A stretch of 32,201 nucleotides of DNA from Candidatus Aenigmatarchaeota archaeon (GCA_025058985.1 JANXEB010000044.1:1-32201); one strand, 5' to 3'. Positions 7,901-15,968 are shown, counted from the first letter of the stretch. Notes: generated from the letters alone by a model not told the origin. Made by a program: numbers and translations.

Positions 7901-10629
7901 CAATAGTTTTTGACAAATTTACTCCTTTTAAAACTTCTAAATTTATAATAAATATATCTAATGGTGTAAGTTTATATGAATTTAGAGCATTTGCTACTTT
8001 TCCAAGATTAGATTATTGTTATGTATTTTCTTACAAATTTTCTAATTTTACTAGAAGTGGTAATTATAGTGTTTTTTCAAACATACTAACAAAAGCTAAT
8101 GATTTAATTAAAATAAAAAATAAAACTTTTTTTGTAAAATTTGGATATCCTGTAATTACAATAACAGCTGATAGAGCAATGCTATCTGGACAAAATCAGA
8201 CTTATTATGTCTCTATTTTTGCTAGTAAAGGAGATTTAAGAAATTTAACTATTGAGTTTAATAGTGAAGATGAAAATTATATAAACATAACAGAAGGCGA
8301 AAAAAAACTAAAATTCATAGATGAAGTATTTTATAATAAATCAAGTGAGAAAATTTCTTGGAAAATAAAAGCTAAATTGTTTGGAGAATCTAATAAAACA
8401 ATTTTAACTTTTATAAATGTAACTTCTAATACATCTATGAGCTATAATAACTCTAGTGAATTTGATATAACAATATACCCATTTGATTTAGAACCACCTA
8501 CAATAAATAGTTTTCACTTTGAAATTAACTCAATTAAAACAAATAAATCTAATATAAACGATAATTTAATAATAGTTGCAAATGTAACTGACAGTATTTT
8601 TGTTAAAGAAGTTAATGCATCTATAGTTTATCCGAATGGAATTGAAAAAAACGTTAGTTTAACAAAATATGATAAAGATTTATTCATTTTTGAATTTTCA
8701 AAAACAGATAAAGATATACAAATAAACGAAAGTGGAAATTATTCAGTAAAAATATTTGCTGTAGATTTGAACACTAGCTCTAATATAGTTGAGAGTGAAG
8801 AAAGCAATTTTACTGTATATAGCAATTATACAATAGAACTTTTAACTCCATTTAGTTTTTTCAATAGAGGAGAAAAGATTGTTCTTGTAGTTAGAGATGT
8901 TAATAGATTCAAAGTAAATAATTCTAATATTACTATTTATTTAATAGATTCGGATAACCAAACAATAAATAAAACAAGCTTTATTAGTAGTAATGGAATT
9001 GTAGAATTTTTTTTAGATCCAAATTATAGTTTACAAACATATAAGCTTAATATAACAGCTATAAAATACAATAATTTTGGATTTAATTCAACATCTTTTA
9101 CATTAACAAACTTATTGAAAATAAAAATACTAATACCTTCTGAAGGATTAACATTAGATCCTGGAAAAACTATTAAAAGTGTCGAAGGTTTACCAAGAGC
9201 AAAAATTTATAATTATAGAGAAGATAGAGAAATTAAAAATGCTATAGCAAATATTTTATGCTATGATATTAACTCAGTATTTACAATTTACAACGAAACA
9301 GAATTTTATTATAATGCTTGTGTAAGCGAAGCTAACGATACTTATAGCTTTTCTGGATGTGTTGATAGATGTTACTCTCCAAATAATTATGGTGCTAATT
9401 TTAATATAACAATTGTTGCATATGATAACTTTAACAATTCTGGATCATCTTTCGTTAATCTAAAAACAACTTCATTAACATTACCATCACCACCATCACC
9501 TGGAATAACTGGTGGAATAGGTATAGCTCCAAATGTTTCATGTATTTGTGAAAAAGACATTGCTAGAGGTTGTGGGATAAGTCCTTGTAGATATAATGAA
9601 ATGTATTTTGAAAGAATTGGTTGTAATCAATATTGTTCTCCAAATCAAACATTTTATTGTAAATTTTCTCCAGAATGTAATATTTCTTATTCAATAAGTT
9701 TTAAAGGAAATGAAACTAGAATATATATTGCAAGCGGGACTAACAGAACAATTTTTGCAAAAGTTGAAAATAATGGATATTCTAGATTAAAAATAAAGCT
9801 ATTTTATTCAATAAATTGTATTAATTGTGCTGTTTATGCAACAAACGAAAGTATTTTGGAAATAAATCCGGGGGAAGAAAAAGAATTGTCGTTCATAATA
9901 AATCCATTTTTAAACTCTACTACTGGAGAATATATATTTACTTTATTCTCTGAATCAGAGTATTTAACTAGTAGAGAATCTATAACTATAGTAGTTAATG
10001 AAAATGATGAAATAAAAATATTAAAGAATTTAAAAGAAGAAATAAAAAACTTAGAGAAAATTTATAACGAGTATAAAAATTTTGGAATAAGTTTAAAGAA
10101 AAGTTTTGAAGAGCTAAATAGTATTTTAAAAAGTGGGGAAAAAGCGATAGAAGAAAATTCACTTGAAAAATTAATTGATGTTAATGCTAATATGAAAAGA
10201 AAAATAGAAGAAATGAAGAAAGAAATTTCAGAAAAATATTTGTTGTTTGTATTATCAAAATTCAAATATGTTATAATATTATTATCAATAACAGCATTTT
10301 CTTCAATATACTTAATATTAGAAGTTATAGTTCCATACTTTAAAATAACAAGAGAAATTAGTTATTTGGCAAGTAAAGAAAAAGAACTAGTCAATGCAAG
10401 AAAAGAAAGCGAAGAACAATATTTTAAAAGAAAAATTTCAGAAAAAGCTTTTTATGATATGATGATAAAATACCAATCAGAAATATTAAAAATAAGAGGA
10501 AAAATAAAAGAGTTAAACATAATTAGAAAAAATTTATTGAGAGAAGCACTAAAAGCAAAAACATTCATTGATTTCTTGAAAAAAATGAATATAATGAAGT
10601 ATTTGAAATATCGTAAGAAAAAGGTATAG
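4897..10629 (+). CDS. Very large cell-surface glycoprotein (1910 aa) with repeated beta-rich units, C-terminal membrane anchor and coiled-coil tail
   Basis: Signal-peptide-like N-terminus; dense N-x-S/T sequons; PSPPSPG linker followed by a Cys-rich segment; hydrophobic segment YVIILLSITAFSSIYLILEVIV; K/E-rich tail. Confidence 0.85.
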   Translation: MEGISTERNYWIILIFLLIQFSYSQIANLIIYPTQIYECIKFNRSSICNLTNIVTNDTLYEYLDITDSSSRKFGRINVSFFNLSIPHHWINVLRIYIKMRSDDYELMFGQHPTPLGNNEKDECYIAISENSTGIFIYSYVLTPSYISCKNFSNISLFIQEFEVTSFLNHINKIRSSAISWRGYDENDLRVGLAIDFIHIIVNYFNLTFSNWNLSKSEINRGELVNIHALFNITDVNHTFLIITTPLGEIVVLNRSYAGISNISLYLYWVNYTFNSFERTYKIAGIYSFGPIFVNNSFGGYNATFPKLNLTLWSFPMIERIFPEDYYIYVNENINILCAVSDNTTLYPLSRQPVRFWIDGSADDFNRTTNESGIATRGFLSSSVGNRTIDCEVFGNISSYYKQNLILRQNKSSTWVKVLELSAIPKLNKTTNIKVREPIRIFVNITNASFIKNVNAAINYLKINSSGSFNIIEFYNLTFSRTYAPDLQEYCLDYIPNSSGLYNVYITTEANQRTAFNSTSFFVDFGRIEIDVEFPKNKLLINQTFFAKIKFKAIDGDVLNINASLNSSNYSRLQLNNDVFFNSLFNLSSGETFTINKFWNLTSNDFGSVLLNITAIPSNGTYNSTSFNISIIGFETFILNKTLDFGNSTTIKAVIEKDSNATIIENVYLITKFFNITDYNTIELTNLKIDMQHIGIESNKYIFSTTFIPPRSGNYSGVISLNLTSTIITNSTENFNVSFGTSKISFLIPFYYVLTNQTFNITAIAEALNGDLWNVSFNLTIFDQKTINITENENFFHGKNIFIKNGSKYFEKWLAFSNNSGLNRMIVSLVSLYSNSSADESFEIIEPLEMEIENNQTYIDEFSNLIVPVVGNASEVNVNFTIFKAFDSGVESFLAKTVTIKNVIDCNIEIETGNVALLEKGSSAFSLGGSNANFSIDNNNNTAWITFSKDYLIVNLRSIFPVGKIELLWFGPSNSFANISYINENNEIIILEKNILIPTSLSTIVFDKFTPFKTSKFIINISNGVSLYEFRAFATFPRLDYCYVFSYKFSNFTRSGNYSVFSNILTKANDLIKIKNKTFFVKFGYPVITITADRAMLSGQNQTYYVSIFASKGDLRNLTIEFNSEDENYINITEGEKKLKFIDEVFYNKSSEKISWKIKAKLFGESNKTILTFINVTSNTSMSYNNSSEFDITIYPFDLEPPTINSFHFEINSIKTNKSNINDNLIIVANVTDSIFVKEVNASIVYPNGIEKNVSLTKYDKDLFIFEFSKTDKDIQINESGNYSVKIFAVDLNTSSNIVESEESNFTVYSNYTIELLTPFSFFNRGEKIVLVVRDVNRFKVNNSNITIYLIDSDNQTINKTSFISSNGIVEFFLDPNYSLQTYKLNITAIKYNNFGFNSTSFTLTNLLKIKILIPSEGLTLDPGKTIKSVEGLPRAKIYNYREDREIKNAIANILCYDINSVFTIYNETEFYYNACVSEANDTYSFSGCVDRCYSPNNYGANFNITIVAYDNFNNSGSSFVNLKTTSLTLPSPPSPGITGGIGIAPNVSCICEKDIARGCGISPCRYNEMYFERIGCNQYCSPNQTFYCKFSPECNISYSISFKGNETRIYIASGTNRTIFAKVENNGYSRLKIKLFYSINCINCAVYATNESILEINPGEEKELSFIINPFLNSTTGEYIFTLFSESEYLTSRESITIVVNENDEIKILKNLKEEIKNLEKIYNEYKNFGISLKKSFEELNSILKSGEKAIEENSLEKLIDVNANMKRKIEEMKKEISEKYLLFVLSKFKYVIILLSITAFSSIYLILEVIVPYFKITREISYLASKEKELVNARKESEEQYFKRKISEKAFYDMMIKYQSEILKIRGKIKELNIIRKNLLREALKAKTFIDFLKKMNIMKYLKYRKKKV

Positions 10630-11512
10630 CTTCTATACCTAAATTTTTTTCTATTTCTTTACAAAATTCATATACAAATCCGTGCACAACATAAATCTTT
10701 TTTGGACTAACTTCTACAATATAATCTAAAAGTTGATAAAAATCACAATGATCGGATAAAGGTAATGACTTAATTCCAAAATCTCTTGTTAAAGACCAAC
10801 CAGTAAAAACTATTGAGTTTTCATCTCCAATAAATTTACTTATAAGAGAAGTTGGTCTGACAATTATATTTGTCTTCTCTTCTGTAAACTTTATATCAAT
10901 ACCAAAATTTTTATAAACATCACAATAAGTTTTAACAGATTTTGTCACAGTTGGTTCTATTCCAATCATGTTTAAAATTTTGACAATGTCTTGAGCTTTA
11001 CCAAGTTGATAACCAAACAAACTAAAATTATTTTCATTATTAAAAATTTTTTCTAACTCAGAAATAATTTCCTCAACTGATGGAAACTTATATATTGGTA
11101 AGCCATAAGTAGATTCCATTATTAAAATATCAGCATTTTTTACTCTGTATTTACCTGCTGTTAAACCGAATGTTTTAATATCTCCACTGTAAAGAATCGA
11201 AAGTCCATCAAATTCCAAAAAAATTTGTGAAGAACCTAGAATGTGACCAGCTTCTAAAAATTCTACAGAAAAATCATCAAAATTTATTTTTTTACCAATT
11301 TTAACAATATTTGCTTTAAAACTAGGGTTTTTAGCTTTTATTAATTCAAAAGTTTCTTGAGTACAAAATGGTTCATCAACTATTATTTCGGGTAAATGAT
11401 CTTCATGTGCATGAGAAATAAAAGAAAAAGACTCAGAAATTGTCGGATCAAGAAAAACTTTTTTATCATTCGCTTTTATACAAATATTGTTCTTTCTAAT
11501 TATTTCAATCAT
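10565..11512 (-). CDS. Metallo-beta-lactamase/beta-CASP family nuclease
   Basis: SHAHEDH, AGHILGS, YSGD, MESTYG.P, LSDHCD and VVHG motifs. Confidence 0.9.
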   Translation of the reverse strand: MIEIIRKNNICIKANDKKVFLDPTISESFSFISHAHEDHLPEIIVDEPFCTQETFELIKAKNPSFKANIVKIGKKINFDDFSVEFLEAGHILGSSQIFLEFDGLSILYSGDIKTFGLTAGKYRVKNADILIMESTYGLPIYKFPSVEEIISELEKIFNNENNFSLFGYQLGKAQDIVKILNMIGIEPTVTKSVKTYCDVYKNFGIDIKFTEEKTNIIVRPTSLISKFIGDENSIVFTGWSLTRDFGIKSLPLSDHCDFYQLLDYIVEVSPKKIYVVHGFVYEFCKEIEKNLGIEAIPFSYDISNTSLYSFFSRNQ

Positions 11513-11798
11513 TAAATAAATTTTCTTCTTTTTTTAATTCATCATTCCAAACTTTAATATCTTCTTTATTTTCTGTTTCAACTAGTAAAAATTTTCCTTT
11601 TTCTTTCAAAGGAAAGATAAAAAAAGATTTTATTTGGTTCTTAGAATTTTTCAAAACTATTTTTTGTTTGTTTTCACTAATTTTAAAATCATCCAAGTTT
11701 CTATAATCATAAATAACATAAAAGCCTCTTTCAACAAGATTTCTAACTTCTATTTTTCCTTTTTTTGTTTTAGTTATCACTGATAAAGGAAAAACCAT
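11505..11798 (-). CDS. Hypothetical protein (97 aa)
   Basis: Protein-like composition; 8-nt overlap with the downstream nuclease gene suggests an operon. Confidence 0.7.
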   Translation of the reverse strand: MVFPLSVITKTKKGKIEVRNLVERGFYVIYDYRNLDDFKISENKQKIVLKNSKNQIKSFFIFPLKEKGKFLLVETENKEDIKVWNDELKKEENLFND

Positions 11799-11806
11799 AT
11801 TTAAAA

Positions 11807-11860
11807 TTTATAAATACTTACTATATATATTTTTAGCTTTCGCAATGAAAGTATATATAT
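11807..11860 (+). promoter_or_regulatory. Candidate TATA elements for the 23S rRNA transcript (and the divergent 97-aa gene)
   Basis: TTTATAAA at 11807-11814 and GAAAGTATATATAT at 11847-11860 upstream of the structured leader. The AT-rich background limits certainty. Confidence 0.4.
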
Positions 11861-12004
11861 CTGAATAAATGAAGATGTGGGTACCTTTTGAGCACGAATG
11901 AAATCCTTAAGCAAAAGACTTAAGGATAGACATCGAAATCGATGAAAAAACAATATATTGAAAAAAAAATGAAAGACGAACTGTCTCTTTGAGATTAGCA
12001 GATG

Positions 12005-12042
12005 AGATGTCATAGGGTTATTTGGTAAAAAGGGTCTAGTGA
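12005..12042 (+). repeat. 5' arm of 23S pre-rRNA processing stem
   Basis: AGATGTCATAGGGTTATTTGGTAAAAAGGGTCTAGTGA is near-perfectly complementary to 15345-15382. Confidence 0.92.
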
Positions 12043-12396
12043 AAGAACCCATGTGGTGGATAGCTTGGCTCGGGAGCCGAAGAAGGGTGTGGCAAGCTGC
12101 AGTAAGCGTGGGGTAGGTGCATGCAACCATTGATCCCACGATCCCCAAATGCGAATCGTGTACCGTTAAGGTACATTCCGTCAAGGAAAGGGAACGCCCC
12201 GAATTGAAGCATCTTAGTAGGGGTAGGAAAAGAAATCAAAAGAGATGCCGGGAGTAAAGGGCGACTGAAACCGGCAAAGGACAAACCAAATCCTTTGGCG
12301 ATAAGTCAAAGGAGATGTGGAGTTTGCTGGGGCATACGTCCTCCCTAACCTATCGACTCGAAGTCCGTTGGAAAACGGCACCATAGAGGGTGATAG

Positions 12397-12425
12397 ACCT
12401 TGCTATAGATATAGCAAGGGTCGGA
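12397..12425 (+). other. 23S intron 1 (29 nt, strict BHB), after ~E. coli 333
   Basis: GGG-TGAT-AG^A-CCTTGCTATA..TATAGCAAGG-GTCG-GA^T-CCC. Splicing gives GGGTGATAG|TCCCGTAG. Confidence 0.88.
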
Positions 12426-12814
12426 TCCCGTAGAGGAAGATAGGAAGGGAGATGGTATGCTTCCGGAGTACCATTCCCTAGGTAGGGAGTGGGAAGCTGG
12501 GTGTTATCAGCATCCAATCCTAAATACTCCCCGAGTCCGATAGCGAACTAAGTATCGTGAGAGAAAGCTGAAAAGAACCCCGAAAGGGGGGTGAAAAGAG
12601 CTTGAAACCACATGGGGATAGTCAGTACTGGTGAGAAAGGGCTAGAAGCCCATCATCAGTACGTCCGTTTCGTAGAATGGGGCAGGGAGTTTATCCCAGT
12701 GGTGAGGCTAAATACCTTAAAGGTATGGAGCCTTAGCGAAAGCAAAGGTATGTAGCTCGAAAAGAGCGTGATACCGGGTACGAAAGTGCCTAAATCACTG
12801 GGATAAGACCAGAA

Positions 12815-12844
12815 ACCTTAAGAGTTTTTCTCTTAAGGCTGGTA
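12815..12844 (+). other. 23S intron 2 (30 nt, BHL-type), after ~E. coli 676
   Basis: CCAG-AA^A-CCTTAAGAG-TTTTT-CTCTTAAGG-CTGG-TA^G. Splicing gives GACCAGAA|GCCAGGTGATCTA. Confidence 0.88.
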
Positions 12845-13849
12845 GCCAGGTGATCTATTCCCTGCTAGGTCGAAGCCCCTCTAACGAGGGGTGGAGGACC
12901 GCTACCGGTGGTGAGACCCAATCCCTCGGGTGAGCAGGGAATAGGGGTGAAAAGCCTAACGAACCTGGTAATAGCTGGTTTCCCCTGAAATGGACCGCAG
13001 TTCAGCCTCACCGGAGATTTGTTAGAGGGTAAAGCTACCGATTGGAAAGCCAAGGGTCGAAAGACCCAGCTTTCCTGTCGAACTCAGAACCTCTAACAAT
13101 CGAAGAAGGTGGGAGTGAGGGTAGGGGGGAAAGCTCCTTACCCAAGAGGGGAACAACCCAGACCCGTGTTAAGGCGCCTAAATGGAAGCTAAGTGATGAA
13201 GGGAGTGGAACTCCTTAGACAGTGGGGCTGTAGGCCTAGAAGTAGCCATCAGCTAAGAAGTGTGTAACAACTTACCCACCGAGGAGTTCTGCACCGAAAA
13301 TGGAAGGCACTAAGCTTCCTGCCGATACACGGGTTGCGATGCTGTATAGCATCGCAAGGTAAGGGGGCATTCAGGTAGGTGAGAAGTTGGGGTGTAAACT
13401 CCAATGGACCTGCCTGAAATGCAGATCCTGCCGAGAGTAACAGCATAACCGGGTGAAAATCCCGGCCACCTAAACCCCAAGGGTTTGCCGGCAATGTAAA
13501 TCAGCCGGCAGTTAGTCCTACCCTAAGGTGTTGGTTAACCTACAACACCGATTAGGGAAACCGGTTAATATTCCGGTACGCCTATCATAGAAGTGGCAAC
13601 ACAAGCTCATCTCCCGACACCTTGGGATATCGGCACGCAAGCTAAATCCATAAGCCCACGGAGTCTCGTAATGAGGAGAAGTGGGTAAAGGGGTGATGGG
13701 CTCTGCGTATGCAGAGTTGCCGAAATTCCTGGGGTCGCTGAAAAAGGAGATGAGAACGATTGATAGGCTAGGTACCGAGAACCGACACAGGTGGGGTTCC
13801 TGAGAAGGGAACGGTGGGTCGGGAGAACCATCCCCAAGGAACTCGGCAA

Positions 13850-13998
13850 ATAGTTGTGAGGGAAAATTTATTTGATCATGCCGAAGAAGAAGGAAGAGAA
13901 AAAGGGAAAGGAAGAAGAAAAACAATAGAAAACTTTTATTTCAAGCTTCAGAAATCACTACCAACTTTTTTCATTTTTTATCCCTCACACTAGTCGAA
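13850..13998 (+). other. 23S intron 3 (149 nt, BHL-type), after ~E. coli 1677; AT-rich loop with mini-ORFs
   Basis: CGGC-AA^A-TAG(T)TGTGAGGGA...TCCCTCACACTA-GTCG-AA^A. Splicing gives GGAACTCGGCAA|ATTGGCTCCGTAAC. Confidence 0.9.
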
Positions 13999-14617
13999 AT
14001 TGGCTCCGTAACTTCGGGAGAAGGAGTGCCTGTGGTCTCTAACCAATGGTAGAATAAATCTCTGCTATTGGGGTGGGACCATAGGTCGCAGTGACAAGGT
14101 CCAGGCGACTGTTTAACAAAAACGCAGGAGACCGCTAGTCTGAAAAAGATGTGTACGGTCTCTGAGGCCTGCCCAGTACGGGTGTGTGAAACCGGGTTTC
14201 AACCCGGCTAAGCCCCCGTAAACGGCGGCGGTAACTCTGACCGTCGTAAAGTAGCGTAATCCCTTGTCGCTTAATTGGCGACCCGCTTGAATGGCTTAAC
14301 GACTTGGACACTGTCTCGGGGATGGACCCGGTGAAATCGTCTTTCCGGTGTATAGACCGGAGACCCCCTGTGGGAAATGTAGACCCCGTAGAGCTTTACT
14401 GCAGCCTGGTGCTGCCGTATAATTTCTGCTACATAGAGTAGCTGGGACTCGTTACTAGACGTAGGCTTCGGCTGAAGTCGAGAGGAAGGTGTAACACCAG
14501 CTAGCGGAGATTATACGGCTTACCCTTTAAGGGGACAACACTAGGTGGGCAGTTCGGCTGGGGCGGCACTCCCTTGAAAAGATATCAAGGGAGCCCTAAG
14601 CTCAGCTCACCCTGGTC

Positions 14618-14705
14618 ATCTCTAGAAGCTTAAGTGAATTATCCGCTCCGGTTTGAGATAAAAATGAAAGGAGAGGTAGCTTATGAATGCTTCTAGAGAC
14701 CAGAA
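14618..14705 (+). other. 23S intron 4 (88 nt, BHB/BHL), after ~E. coli 2306
   Basis: CTGG-TC^A-TCTCTAGAAGC...GCTTCTAGAGA-CCAG-AA^A. Splicing gives CCCTGGTC|AGAAATCAGGGG. Confidence 0.9.
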
Positions 14706-14876
14706 AGAAATCAGGGGTAGAGTGTAAACGCAAAAGCTGGGCTGATTGGTTTCCGAACACAAGGAAATCAACCGCGAAAGCGTGGGTTAGCGATACTGTA
14801 ACTCCTACTGATAGGGGTTACAGGTATCGGAAAAGCTACCTCGGGGATAATGGGCCCGTGGCCGGTGAAAGTCCAT

Positions 14877-14912
14877 ATGTCTCTATTGGGGTCTACAATA
14901 GTGACAGGACAA
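14877..14912 (+). other. 23S intron 5 (36 nt, BHB/BHL), after ~E. coli 2477 in helix 89
   Basis: GTCC-AT^A-TGTC(T)CTATTG..CAATAG(T)GACA-GGAC-AA^A. Splicing gives GTCCAT|ATCGACCC. Confidence 0.88.
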
Positions 14913-15011
14913 ATCGACCCGGCGCGTTGGTGCGTCGTTGTCGGCTCCGCCTCTCCTGGCCGTGCAGCAGCGGCCAAGGGTGCAGGTGCCCACTGATTAA
15001 AAGGCGACGCT

Positions 15012-15045
<34 letters not shown>

Positions 15046-15344
15046 ACTATCTACAGGGGGTGCAGGTGGTCTGACCGGAAGCATCTCTAAGTACGAAAGG
15101 AACGGAGATGCGGCACCTCTGGTGTACCGGCTGTTAATTGCATGCCGGGTAGCCACGTGCTTATGGATAAGTCCTGAAGGCATCTAAGGACGAAGCCATC
15201 CGGGAAAATAGACCACCGTCTTCTTACTACTGGCAACAGTAGTAAGAGGAGAAGAGCTGCTATAGACGATGGCGTTGATGGGGTGGTGGTGTACGTGTGG
15301 AGGTTTCGACCAACACACTTAGCCTACCACTCCCAATCGCTCAA

Positions 15345-15382
15345 TCACTAGACCCTTATAGTCAAATAACCCTATGACATCT
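15345..15382 (+). repeat. 3' arm of 23S pre-rRNA processing stem
   Basis: TCACTAGACCCTTATAGTCAAATAACCCTATGACATCT, complementary to 12005-12042 and followed by a T-run. Confidence 0.92.
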
Positions 15383-15446
15383 TTTTATAAGAAATTCCGT
15401 TCTCCAATTGGAGCATAGATATTAGAAAAGATGATATTGAAAAACT

Positions 15447-15968
15447 TCAATAGTTCTGTTTTTTCACGATTTTACCTTTCTCACTAGGAATTATTTTTAA
15501 CATAGCGTTTTCAAAGTTAGTATAAAATTCTTTTCCTTCAAATATTCTGTCCAAGAAGACAGCTAAAGCAGCTATTTCAGAATGTGGTTGATTTGTTATA
15601 GATATATTCAAATCAACCATTTCATATACTTCTTTCGGAACCTTCTCAGAACCGACTATAATTAAAACTTTATTAAAAGACTTTATATAATCAATTTTTT
15701 CTAGCAAAGGTATTCCGTACATTGTTAAATGTATCTTCAATCCATCAAAATTTTTAATTAAACTTTTCCAATCTTTAATAAAAACTACACTAAAGTTACT
15801 TCCAAAGTTTTTATTAACTTTTTCTATATTCTTTTCTAATTTCTCATCTTTATTACCACAATAATACATTTGTTCTGTCAAAAAAGCTCTTGAAACTAGT
15901 GCACAGTGAGTAGTAATTCTTTTATCTCTTTCTGCTCTATGAAAAAGTCTTAATACGTATATTTTCAT
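15447..15968 (-). CDS. trm56: tRNA (cytidine(56)-2'-O)-methyltransferase aTrm56 (SPOUT)
   Basis: VLRL.HR.ERDKRITTH.ALV.RA, HLTMYG, VGSEKVP and NQPHSE.AALAVFLDR. Confidence 0.95.
   Translation of the reverse strand: MKIYVLRLFHRAERDKRITTHCALVSRAFLTEQMYYCGNKDEKLEKNIEKVNKNFGSNFSVVFIKDWKSLIKNFDGLKIHLTMYGIPLLEKIDYIKSFNKVLIIVGSEKVPKEVYEMVDLNISITNQPHSEIAALAVFLDRIFEGKEFYTNFENAMLKIIPSEKGKIVKKQNY

Noticed and set aside
13334..13357. Perfect hairpin TTGCGATGCT-GTAT-AGCATCGCAA (also the 15222-15247 hairpin)
   Set aside because: Both match positions of normal variable 23S helices (about H45 and H98) and have no splice motif.
14030..14085. Long hairpin CCAATGGTAGA...TCTGCTATTGG as a possible sixth intron
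   Set aside because: It lies in variable helix 63, and no 4-bp central helix with two 3-nt bulges can be drawn.
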